A DNA stretch of 27,881 bases. Origin: a virus. Taxonomy: Duplodnaviria > Caudoviricetes. The notes beneath the pieces are model-generated. The model did not search any database. It worked only from the letters and a program-made list of their open reading frames with translations, and was not told the DNA's origin. Shown here piece by piece: positions 9,265 through 18,068 of the stretch. Positions within the stretch are counted from its first letter, which is position 1. The number at the start of each line of letters is the position of its first letter. The stretch is from positions 1-27,881 of IMG/VR virus record IMGVR_UViG_3300020043_001619. One strand, written 5' to 3'. The position numbers and the translations under genes were made by a program.

Positions 9265-10056
9265 ATGGGTATGTCAACATCACTGGGAGGTTCATCCGCA
9301 GGCGGTAAAAGTATGGGAGGTCCCAACACCAGCGGCCCTGGTGGCTATGGCAACGACTATAATGGTAATCCCAACCAAGGTGGGATGCCTACGCAGTTCG
9401 CTGTAGGCGGTCCTGGTATGGGTGTTGGTATGGACTATCGCAATCTTGGCGGTAATCCAGATATGGGTGGAGGCCAACTACCAAACGGTCTGACACCAAG
9501 CGGCCCTCAAACAGAAGCGTTTATTGGCCAACCAACTCCAGGCCTACCAAGCACAGGTATGGGCGGTGGTAAAGGCATTGGTGGAGTTATTGGTGGTATG
9601 TTGCCAAGACTCATTGCTGGTGCTGATCCTCGTGGTGCTGAACTTGTAGGCGGTGCTTATGGTCGTCCTATCTTTGGCAGCGGCACACAACCACAACCTG
9701 GCACACCTCCAGAAGCCACTACAGCCGAACTAACTCCACAAGACACTTATAATCAATACGCAAACAACGTGTTTGGCACACCTAACGCAAGTTATACTCC
9801 AGCACAACAACAGGCAATTACTGCTCAAACCAACTTCTTTGGTGGTGGTCAGCAACAGCCAATGACACAAGGCACAGGACAACTACCTCCAGGCTTTGGA
9901 AATTTAAGTCCTATTGATCGTTCGCAGATTGGTGGAGCTCAAATTGGTATGACTACTCCAGCAAATCGCTTTGCTCCTCCCAATGCTCCAGGCGTTAGAA
10001 CAACGTCTGCCAGAGTTGCCAAGCCAATCACACGCACACGAGTTCGTCCTCGCTAA
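9265..10056 (+). CDS. Gly/Pro/Gln-rich low-complexity protein, possible internal virion protein
   Basis: GAGGA RBS. Shares peptide blocks with the 2382-3107 protein. Basic C-terminus. Confidence 0.7.
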   Translation: MGMSTSLGGSSAGGKSMGGPNTSGPGGYGNDYNGNPNQGGMPTQFAVGGPGMGVGMDYRNLGGNPDMGGGQLPNGLTPSGPQTEAFIGQPTPGLPSTGMGGGKGIGGVIGGMLPRLIAGADPRGAELVGGAYGRPIFGSGTQPQPGTPPEATTAELTPQDTYNQYANNVFGTPNASYTPAQQQAITAQTNFFGGGQQQPMTQGTGQLPPGFGNLSPIDRSQIGGAQIGMTTPANRFAPPNAPGVRTTSARVAKPITRTRVRPR

Positions 10057-10083
10057 ATAAACTTGGGGGACAGACTCCCCCAA
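10053..10083 (+). promoter_or_regulatory. CTAAATA promoter followed by a GC-rich hairpin
   Basis: Motif at 10053-10059, then TTGGGGGA-CAGAC-TCCCCCAA with no U-tract. Confidence 0.6.
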
Positions 10084-10109
10084 GCATCGCATAGAAAAAG
10101 GAAAATGAA

Positions 10110-10910
10110 ATGCCAAATCAAAACGACCAACAGGTCAATCCATGGGACACTTCTGCAGAAGCCGCTCCCGCAAAACCAAAGAAAAACAAAACTGAATGGG
10201 TGATTACACCTGAAGTGAAGCCACAAGCACCTATTGGTGCCAACGCTGGTGAATATGATATGGACGGTTTAATGACCGACTTTCCCACGGCCAAAGAACT
10301 TGAGAGATTTGTATTTGATGAAACGGGGGTTGTCTTAAACTTAAAAGGTCGTGCCAATAAGTTAAAGTATCAAGTTGCTATGGATGTCTTAAACGGACAA
10401 GAAGTAGATCCAAAGTTTGTAGGCGGCGATAACCCGTACATTGATAAAACAGAACTTATTCCTGTAGAAGATTTAAAAGCAGTTCCCCCTAAAGATAAAA
10501 CATTACCAGGTAATGACGAACTACAAAACATCTTTGTAAGCAACAGTATTCCACATCCTGACTTTGAAGCACGTATGCAAGATAAAAAAGTTAGTGTGTA
10601 TTTCCGCAAATATAAAACAGGACAGATTTCGTATGAGATTGTAGGTCCCGTTGATCAACGCCCATTTGGTGTCAAGTTAGACAAGTATGGTCGTGAGCGT
10701 CCTGAAATCATCAAGTGGGTTGATCCACGCACTGGTGAGCAAGTTATTGTTCGTGAAGATGGTAGTATGACTCCACAAGGTCGCAAACTACGAGCACTAA
10801 TGCAAACATTCCGTGTCAATAAATCTAATCACTGGGACACTTGGATTGATCGCGAGTTTGTAAGTTTAAATGAAGCAGTTGCTTCCAATCCTTGGGATTT
10901 GGATAAATGA
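10110..10910 (+). CDS. Hypothetical phage protein
   Basis: 266-aa ORF, AAGGA RBS, NPWD motif at both ends. Confidence 0.8.
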   Translation: MPNQNDQQVNPWDTSAEAAPAKPKKNKTEWVITPEVKPQAPIGANAGEYDMDGLMTDFPTAKELERFVFDETGVVLNLKGRANKLKYQVAMDVLNGQEVDPKFVGGDNPYIDKTELIPVEDLKAVPPKDKTLPGNDELQNIFVSNSIPHPDFEARMQDKKVSVYFRKYKTGQISYEIVGPVDQRPFGVKLDKYGRERPEIIKWVDPRTGEQVIVREDGSMTPQGRKLRALMQTFRVNKSNHWDTWIDREFVSLNEAVASNPWDLDK

Positions 10911-11230
10911 GCAACCAAGTCCGTGATGGCATAATTCATCAAGCTCAACAAGAGCGTATGGTTCGTGATACTATGATCTTACAAAAGGTCAATGCCGCAC
11001 ACAGGGAGTCTTTTAAAACCAGATTCCCAGGTCAATGCGAACACATACAAAGACTAATCGCAGAACGCTTACAAGCCATACTAACACGCAAGCCTGCTGA
11101 CTTGGCTGATCCAGAAACTTGGACAAGCACAGCAGATGAAATTGCTCGACTTAGTGAAGCACTATGGCACGTAAGTGTTATTACTCAAATGTATCCTATG
11201 GAGCAACTAAATGAACCTGACAAAGAATGA
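10907..11230 (+). CDS. Hypothetical protein
   Basis: ATGA overlap with the upstream gene, 107 aa, helical. Confidence 0.75.
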   Translation: MSNQVRDGIIHQAQQERMVRDTMILQKVNAAHRESFKTRFPGQCEHIQRLIAERLQAILTRKPADLADPETWTSTADEIARLSEALWHVSVITQMYPMEQLNEPDKE

Positions 11231-11390
11231 TAGTTCTCGTGTTGATATTGAAGGCCAATGGTATAAAGATCAACTATTCATTACATTAGCACGCACAGAT
11301 AAAGATTTAGGTCTTAGCCACTTTACTTTAACGTTAGATGATATTGATCTTGAACACTTTATTGCTACGCTTATAGAACTCCAGAGGTAA
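11211..11390 (+). CDS. Hypothetical protein, 59 aa (not in ORF track)
   Basis: MNLTKNDSSRVDIEGQWYKDQLFITLARTD...IELQR. GGAG RBS, fills the gap exactly up to terL. Confidence 0.7.
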   Translation: MNLTKNDSSRVDIEGQWYKDQLFITLARTDKDLGLSHFTLTLDDIDLEHFIATLIELQR

Positions 11391-11391
11391 T

Positions 11392-13008
11392 ATGCTGGGC
11401 ACAGAAACTTTAATGGCTCGTGCCTTGCGTTATGCTTTGGACACTAATAATGTAGCACCAGAGACTTATCATCTTTGGCCATCCAACTTAAAAAACCACT
11501 TACAAGATTTGGCTATTGAAGTTGCTGATGACATGCGTTATAACCAACTGCAATACTTTAGGCCGTTTGAACATCAACTAACATTCTTTAAAACAGGTGA
11601 TAGTGAGCGTCGTGGTATTCTTGCTGCCAACCGTATTGGTAAAACGGTATCTACTTGTTATGAAACTGCTTATCATCTAACTGGATTGTATCCTGATTGG
11701 TGGGAAGGATTCCGCTTTGACAAGCCTATCACTTGTATGGTAGCAGGTGAGGGCTGGAGCCAGGTAGCACTTGTATTACAAAATGAATTATTAGGCACAC
11801 AAGATGTTAAAATTACAGAAAATCTTGGCACTGGTGCTATACCTCGTGATTGCATTATTACTGACACTATGCGTAATGATGGTGCTAATTGTATTGGCGT
11901 TGAAGTTAGGCATATTAGTGGTGCCAATAGCTATCTACTATTTGCAAACTATACTCAAGAAGTAAGACAACTACAAGGTTTTAAACTGAACTTGGCTGTA
12001 TTTGACGAGCAACCACCAGATGACTTCTTCAGTGAAATCGTTACGCGAACTGCTACTACACAAGGTAAAGTGCTTTGTTCTTTTACGCCACTAAAAGGCC
12101 TGAACGGATTGGTTAGTAAGTTCTGGAACAAAGAAGAAGGCTATGAATACATTCGAGTATCGTGGGATGATGTTCCTGAATACGATCCGTGGGGACAACC
12201 ATTCTTATTAAAAGAAACACGCAGACAACTTGAACGCGACTACTTGCCACACGAACGAGAAGCACGTATTGCTGGTAAGCCTGTTATGGGTAAAGGTGCT
12301 GTGTTCCAACTGCGTCAATGGCCTACATACACTACAGGACAGATTGACTTTGCTCGTATTCCAAACATACAGCGAGTTATTGCATTAGACTTGGGCTTAG
12401 TGAATGACCAAACGGTGATAAGTTTAATGTATTGGGAACCATATGAACGAGTTGCTTACTTACATAGACAAATCATTGTGCAGGGCATTGAAGAAGCTGT
12501 CCCCTCTCAATACATCAATCATTTACTTCGTCCTGAAGTGTTTGGCACTCCTATTGTTCTACCTGCTGATGCATCTACTCCTGGCAGATACACTATGAGT
12601 TCAAGTTCTATAAGAGAACTATTTGAATCGTATGAACTGAATGTGTATCACAAGCCTATTATGAACCCACCTGACAGCGAAGGTCGTATTACTAACCATA
12701 AGAGTTATGGTATCAACCAAATGCGTCAAATGTTAGAAGTTGGTAGCCTAATGGTAAATGAAAACTGCACTAACTTTTTAAGTGATGCACAAAACTACTA
12801 TGTGGATGAACGAGGACGCTTCTCTGATCCAGATGACACTATTGACTCTGCTCGTTATGCTCTACTTGCTTGCTTACAAGGAGTAGCAGAGCCCTGGGAC
12901 AATCGCACGCCACAACAGCGTATGGCTGCCGCAAGAGACAAATATTATAAACCAAGAGATGAGACCAACTTGCCTGCTTGGAAACGCAGTTTTAACCCGC
13001 AAGGATAA
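11392..13008 (+). CDS. terL: Terminase large subunit
   Basis: Walker A ANRIGKT, Walker B AVFDEQP, motif III SFTPLKG, nuclease motifs ALDLG and DDTIDSARYA. Confidence 0.95.
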   Translation: MLGTETLMARALRYALDTNNVAPETYHLWPSNLKNHLQDLAIEVADDMRYNQLQYFRPFEHQLTFFKTGDSERRGILAANRIGKTVSTCYETAYHLTGLYPDWWEGFRFDKPITCMVAGEGWSQVALVLQNELLGTQDVKITENLGTGAIPRDCIITDTMRNDGANCIGVEVRHISGANSYLLFANYTQEVRQLQGFKLNLAVFDEQPPDDFFSEIVTRTATTQGKVLCSFTPLKGLNGLVSKFWNKEEGYEYIRVSWDDVPEYDPWGQPFLLKETRRQLERDYLPHEREARIAGKPVMGKGAVFQLRQWPTYTTGQIDFARIPNIQRVIALDLGLVNDQTVISLMYWEPYERVAYLHRQIIVQGIEEAVPSQYINHLLRPEVFGTPIVLPADASTPGRYTMSSSSIRELFESYELNVYHKPIMNPPDSEGRITNHKSYGINQMRQMLEVGSLMVNENCTNFLSDAQNYYVDERGRFSDPDDTIDSARYALLACLQGVAEPWDNRTPQQRMAAARDKYYKPRDETNLPAWKRSFNPQG

Positions 13009-13011
13009 GAA

Positions 13012-13791
13012 ATGACATATGAATTGTATGAACAGGATTGTTTAGAATGGATGAAGCAACAACCAGATGCTTTAATAGATGTAATAGTCAGTAGCCCGCC
13101 TTATAACAGAAACTTAGCATACAACACTTACAAAGATAAGAAGTCAAACTACTTAGAATGGATGCGTGATGTATGGACAGAAGCATGCCGCATATTAAAA
13201 CCAACTGGACACTTGTTTTTAAACATAGCAGGCAACTCAACAGATCCGTTTTTGGCATATGAAGTAGCACAAGCAGTTCCTTGGCGTGTTCAAAACAACA
13301 TAGTATGGGCAAAGGCAATAGAGTTTAAAGGACACATCTATGGACGTAGCACCGTAAATATCAATGCACAATATGTGCTACCACATGGACACGAAACGGT
13401 TTGGCATTTTACAGCACAAGGCAAAACACCTATAGACATTGAAATGAGTTCAGTACCTTATCGACCAGAGTTTGCTGAAGATAACTTTAAGCGAACAGGA
13501 CGCACAACAAGACCCACTACAACTTGCTGGCACATTCCATATGAAACAACTGGTTATATGGGACAAGACGCAAAGGAAGTAAAAGGCGACAAAGGCCATC
13601 CTGCTATCTTCCCAAGAGATTTGGTGCGTCATTGTTTGCGTGTAGCAGGTATTCAACCTGGACAGCGTGTATATGATCCTTTTGGTGGGACAGGAACAAC
13701 AGCCGCAGTAGCACAAGAGTTTAATGCTATTGGCGTGCTAACAGAAATAGATTCTGACTATTGCGACTTTATTAGAAAGAGATTAGCATAA
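13012..13791 (+). CDS. DNA methyltransferase, N4-C/N6-A beta class
   Basis: Catalytic SPPY precedes HPAIFP and the SAM-binding DPFGGTGTT (beta order). Confidence 0.92.
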   Translation: MTYELYEQDCLEWMKQQPDALIDVIVSSPPYNRNLAYNTYKDKKSNYLEWMRDVWTEACRILKPTGHLFLNIAGNSTDPFLAYEVAQAVPWRVQNNIVWAKAIEFKGHIYGRSTVNINAQYVLPHGHETVWHFTAQGKTPIDIEMSSVPYRPEFAEDNFKRTGRTTRPTTTCWHIPYETTGYMGQDAKEVKGDKGHPAIFPRDLVRHCLRVAGIQPGQRVYDPFGGTGTTAAVAQEFNAIGVLTEIDSDYCDFIRKRLA

Positions 13792-14045
13792 TGGAAAAAG
13801 ATGGAAAATATCTAACAGCAGTGGGCGAGCGTGCTCCTGCTATTATGTGTGAGAAACACGCACGAGTGTTTGAAGAAACTATGATTACAGCAGAAGTGCC
13901 ACATACTATCTATGAGTTAGATGAAGAAGACGGCCCTTACTACTGCCACGTTTGCGATTTACAAGTAGCCAAAGACTATGTTAAAAGGCGTGATGAAGCA
14001 GAAGCAAACCAACCCCGTATCATACTTCCAGGAGAATTCCATTGA
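13791..14045 (+). CDS. Hypothetical protein, possible Zn-binding
   Basis: TAATG coupling, CEKH and CHVC motifs. Confidence 0.7.
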   Translation: MEKDGKYLTAVGERAPAIMCEKHARVFEETMITAEVPHTIYELDEEDGPYYCHVCDLQVAKDYVKRRDEAEANQPRIILPGEFH

Positions 14046-14179
14046 GTAAAGGCAGCAATCGTCGTAAAGAAGATGTTAAAAAGATACGGGATAACTGGGA
14101 TGCCATCTTTGGCAAGAAGGATAAGCAGGAACCTAAAGAGCAATCGCAAAAGCCTGTTGAAAATCCAAATGCTAAATAA
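14042..14179 (+). CDS. Small hypothetical protein, 45 aa, TTG start (not in ORF track)
   Basis: MSKGSNRRKEDVKKIRDNWDAIFGKK... with GGAG RBS and TTGA overlap with the upstream stop. Confidence 0.65.
   Translation: MSKGSNRRKEDVKKIRDNWDAIFGKKDKQEPKEQSQKPVENPNAK
14172..14178 (+). promoter_or_regulatory. CTAAATA promoter for the portal gene
   Basis: Motif followed by AAGGA RBS and ATG at 14206. Confidence 0.65.
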
Positions 14180-14205
14180 TATATCAGTAAAGGAAACCCA
14201 AACTC

Positions 14206-16485
14206 ATGTTGGATATAAAACATATACCCGTGCAGGACATCAATCAAAACAAGAAGATAAATGCTACTTTTGTCCGCATGAAGAACCAGATGGATGTCAA
14301 AATGGCGTCTTATCTGCGTTATCTGGGCACAAAGAATGCTGTCAATAGGGCATCAGATTATCATTATCTATGTCTCGCAGTCACTGATAGTACTGCCCCG
14401 GTCAACGGCATTGACTACATCCACCCAAGTGTCAAGCCCGTTGTTGATTACGCAACCGCAGTCATCACAAAAGGACTAATGCCCAACGGCGAGATCAACT
14501 TTGATTTCGTAGCAGATGGAGAAGATGATGAAGCGGCAGCTCGTCAAGCAACCAACATGGTTGCTAAAGTTGTAAATCAAATGAATGACCCACACTTTAT
14601 TTTAGAGCGTTGGGTTATGGATGCTAATATGCACAAAAATGGTATGATGATGATCAAACCAGTGCGTGAGCAAATTACTCGTTATGTAGAAACTTCTGGC
14701 ACAGCAGATCAACTACGTGCTTTTGAACAGCAAGCGGCTGAAGCAGGACTTACAGCACTACGCCAAAGCAAGCGTAGAGAAGCAGTCGATATTGCTAAAG
14801 TTATGGAAGAAGCAGGACAACTGCTTGGCGAACAAACTACTGAATACGCTAAAGGTGTTGCTCAAAAGTTTATGCTTGATATGACAGATGATGATGCTGT
14901 AGAAAAGTTTGGTGCAGAAGGCGAAAGCATTGTTCAAGGCAACTTAGACGGACAAGAAAGTGTTATCAATGATGCTATCAATAGACACACAACTTATAAA
15001 GCCAAATATAAACTAACTGGCTACGGCATCAACATCAAGTTCCACCCAATTGCACAGCACTACTGGATTTGTGATCCAACCGTGCCTGAAATGAAAGATC
15101 AACCATTCTGTGGCTACTACGATCCAATGACGATTCAAGAAGCAGCTGAGTTATATCCTGGCATTCAAGGCGACTTAGACAACTTCCGTCAGTTTGCAGA
15201 ATACAATATGAACGGTGCTTACCAAGCAGGTTCAGTTCTAAACAACTTGGCTATCCACGCTCGTGATAGCGTGCCTGTTATGGGTATTCCAGTTAGTTCA
15301 GCCGCAAGTGCAGATCCAGACAGCCGTCAAGTATCTATTGTTACCGTATGGAACAAGTATGACATTGATGGTGATGGTGAGTTAGAACTTGTAGAACTAA
15401 TTTACTCTGGCAGTTATATTATCTCTGCTCGTGAAGTAGAGTTTATTCCTGTTGCTAATATGTGTCCAAAACCACTACCTGGCAACTTCTATGGTATGAG
15501 TATCGCTGAATCAGTTATTCCAATGCAGGAATACAACACATCAGCGGCTCGTGCTGAAATCCAACTGGGCTTGCTAACAGCAACTCCACGTATTGGTGTT
15601 AAACCAGACCGTGTTGATTTTGAAATGATTCAAGACGGTGAAAGTGCTATCTTTATTTTAGATAGTAAGTTTGATCCACAAAAAGACATTTACCAAATGC
15701 CTCCTCCAAGTGGCAACTTGCAGTTCTTAGAAGTTGCTATGCAACGTATCCAACAAGATACAATGGCAATGGTAGGTATGACTACTCCACAAGATGTATT
15801 CAATCCTGAAGTTATGGCACCAGGCAACTCGGGTGTTAAACTACAAATGGCATTGTCGCCAAACCAAATCATTCAAGACAACACGGTTCGTAATGCGGCT
15901 GAAGGTCTTAAAGAAGCACTATGGTTAGTGTGGAGAACACTAATCCAGTATGGTGATGATTATGGCGTTAAAAAGTTAGCGGCAAGTTGCCATCCAGATA
16001 AGACTCCTGTGTTCTTAGACTATTTGGCTTGGGACGATATGAACTTCTGTGATCGCAAGCAACTACATTTAGAACTTGCACTTGGTATGAAGTCTGAAGA
16101 GAACCAGTTAGGTCGCTTACAGATTATTCAAAAGTGCCAAACAGATTTATATCAGATGGTCCAACAAATGGTTGGTGCTGGTGCTTTAACTCCTGAAATG
16201 TATAAGAAGGTTAAAAAGCCTTTTGAAGATACATTGTACGTTCTTGGTGTTAAAGATTGCAACACATACTTGCCAACTGATGAAGAAGTTAAAGGTATGA
16301 TTGAAGCAGGACAGGCAGCACAGCAAAACAAACAACCAAGTCCAGAAGACAGACAGAAACTATCCGTTGCTAACTTGAACGATGTTAAAGCCAAGCAAAT
16401 TGAAATGGAAGTTGCTGGAACAGATGCTGAAAGCCAACTCGACTTTATGAGTATGGCAGCAGGCGATCCAAAAGTATATTCTTAA
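14206..16485 (+). CDS. Portal protein (P22-like)
   Basis: 759 aa between TerL and scaffold/capsid genes. P22-type portal features (V-P-VD segment, DE-AA-QAT, FYG-SIAE, helical C-terminal tail). Confidence 0.88.
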   Translation: MLDIKHIPVQDINQNKKINATFVRMKNQMDVKMASYLRYLGTKNAVNRASDYHYLCLAVTDSTAPVNGIDYIHPSVKPVVDYATAVITKGLMPNGEINFDFVADGEDDEAAARQATNMVAKVVNQMNDPHFILERWVMDANMHKNGMMMIKPVREQITRYVETSGTADQLRAFEQQAAEAGLTALRQSKRREAVDIAKVMEEAGQLLGEQTTEYAKGVAQKFMLDMTDDDAVEKFGAEGESIVQGNLDGQESVINDAINRHTTYKAKYKLTGYGINIKFHPIAQHYWICDPTVPEMKDQPFCGYYDPMTIQEAAELYPGIQGDLDNFRQFAEYNMNGAYQAGSVLNNLAIHARDSVPVMGIPVSSAASADPDSRQVSIVTVWNKYDIDGDGELELVELIYSGSYIISAREVEFIPVANMCPKPLPGNFYGMSIAESVIPMQEYNTSAARAEIQLGLLTATPRIGVKPDRVDFEMIQDGESAIFILDSKFDPQKDIYQMPPPSGNLQFLEVAMQRIQQDTMAMVGMTTPQDVFNPEVMAPGNSGVKLQMALSPNQIIQDNTVRNAAEGLKEALWLVWRTLIQYGDDYGVKKLAASCHPDKTPVFLDYLAWDDMNFCDRKQLHLELALGMKSEENQLGRLQIIQKCQTDLYQMVQQMVGAGALTPEMYKKVKKPFEDTLYVLGVKDCNTYLPTDEEVKGMIEAGQAAQQNKQPSPEDRQKLSVANLNDVKAKQIEMEVAGTDAESQLDFMSMAAGDPKVYS

Positions 16486-16504
16486 AACTTAGAAAGGCAT
16501 AGAA

Positions 16505-16855
16505 ATGATATCAGAAGAAGCGGTGGACGCTTACAATAAGCGTCTTACCATAGACACAAGTAATCCTAAAAAACTTACGCCAAGTCAGCGTGATGCTGTT
16601 AAAAGTTATGGCTCTTTAGCAGAAGCACTAATGAAGAACCGCGACTTGGCTATGTTCATACATCACTTCAAGTTTGAAGTAAATGATGCTATGGCAAATA
16701 TTAGAACACACACTGAAGAAGCAAATGCAGAGCGTATCGCACTTGCTAATCAACTTAGTGGTATAGATAGTTTTATCAATACACTAAAAAGTGCTGTGTA
16801 TAAGAAGAATGTGTTGTTGAGATCTGAATCCACAGATCAAAACGAGACTAAATAA
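16505..16855 (+). CDS. Hypothetical protein between portal and scaffold
   Basis: 116-aa helical ORF with AAGG RBS. Confidence 0.75.
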   Translation: MISEEAVDAYNKRLTIDTSNPKKLTPSQRDAVKSYGSLAEALMKNRDLAMFIHHFKFEVNDAMANIRTHTEEANAERIALANQLSGIDSFINTLKSAVYKKNVLLRSESTDQNETK

Positions 16856-16880
16856 AAGTGAAGGTAACCGCAAGGCCCTT
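16848..16880 (+). promoter_or_regulatory. CTAAATA promoter plus short GCAA-tetraloop hairpin
   Basis: Motif at 16848-16854, then AAGG-TAA-CC-GCAA-GG-C-CCTT. Confidence 0.6.
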
Positions 16881-16897
16881 ACAATTTAAGGAAAAAT

Positions 16898-18046
16898 ATG
16901 GAAACAACGATCACCCCTAATGCTCCGCAGAGCACGGGCACTGAACAAAATGCAGTTCCAAGTTTAGATTCAATAGCCGCTAAAATGACCGCAATGCGTG
17001 AAAACACTTTGCGTAACCAGATTAGAGCTCCTGAACAAACTGCGACAGGTGAAGATGAGACGGCAGAAACATCAACCCCTGTAGCACCAGAAGGTGCTGA
17101 AGTTGCTGACTCCAGCGACGAAGAATATGTGAGCGACAATCAAGAAGCAGATGCCCAGGAACCTGTAAGCACTGATAGTAATGATTCTACAGCAGAAGAA
17201 CTAATTGACTTCGTAGAGTTTGCTGAAACAAACCCTAACGCCAAATTCAAGTTTATGAAGAATGGCAAAGAAGTAGTTATTGATGCTAAGAAGGCCGCCG
17301 CTATTCTGGGTCAAGGGTCTGCGATACACGAAGAAGCACGCCAACTTAAAATTGATAAAGCAGAGTTTGAGGAATACTTAAACGATGTTCGTTCAAGACA
17401 AGAAGGTTTGACTTTAGCAATGGAATTTACGGTTCAACCGCAGTTGCGTAAAGCGTATGATGAGATTATTAAAACACAATCTTACCAAAACACTTTCCAA
17501 CAGCAGTTGCAACAAACCAGGGACCCTGCCCAAATAGCAAGGATCCAGGCGAGCATACAACAGAACGAGCAGTATATTGCACAACAACAAGCCGTTATTG
17601 GCCAGTTGAAACCAGCAGTAGATCAGTTCCGTCAAGTTCGTGCTCAACAAGTAGTTCATCACTTAGCAGAAGCTCGTAAGAACTTCCAAGACAAAGAGTT
17701 GAAAAACGAATATGTCTTTAAAGAAGTCCGTGATAAGATTTCTAAAGTGTGGAACGAAGCCAATGGTGAGATTATTCCAGGCGTGTCAAATATCGACTTG
17801 CTGTCAAGTGATGAAGGATTACTAAGCCTTGTCCGTGATGGTTTAAGATATAGAGACAAGCCCGCTACAAAGTCAGCAGGGTCAAGTATGGCGGCATTGA
17901 CATCGCGTAAAGGCTCCAGTAGCCAACGTGGCGGCAATGATGGTGAAATTGCTAAACTTCGTGAACAAGCCAAGAGTGGCGACAAAAAAGCCGCAGACAA
18001 CCTACTAATGCAACGACTACAGAGTATTCGTGGTGGTAGGAGATAA
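16898..18046 (+). CDS. Capsid scaffolding protein
   Basis: Acidic disordered N-terminus, long Q-rich coiled coil, basic C-terminus, directly before the capsid gene. Confidence 0.8.
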   Translation: METTITPNAPQSTGTEQNAVPSLDSIAAKMTAMRENTLRNQIRAPEQTATGEDETAETSTPVAPEGAEVADSSDEEYVSDNQEADAQEPVSTDSNDSTAEELIDFVEFAETNPNAKFKFMKNGKEVVIDAKKAAAILGQGSAIHEEARQLKIDKAEFEEYLNDVRSRQEGLTLAMEFTVQPQLRKAYDEIIKTQSYQNTFQQQLQQTRDPAQIARIQASIQQNEQYIAQQQAVIGQLKPAVDQFRQVRAQQVVHHLAEARKNFQDKELKNEYVFKEVRDKISKVWNEANGEIIPGVSNIDLLSSDEGLLSLVRDGLRYRDKPATKSAGSSMAALTSRKGSSSQRGGNDGEIAKLREQAKSGDKKAADNLLMQRLQSIRGGRR

Positions 18047-18068
18047 TTTATTTTAAAGGAATAAAATC

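Noticed and set aside
10062-10084. GC-rich hairpin as a terminator
   Set aside because: No U-tract on either side, and it lies just after a promoter motif.
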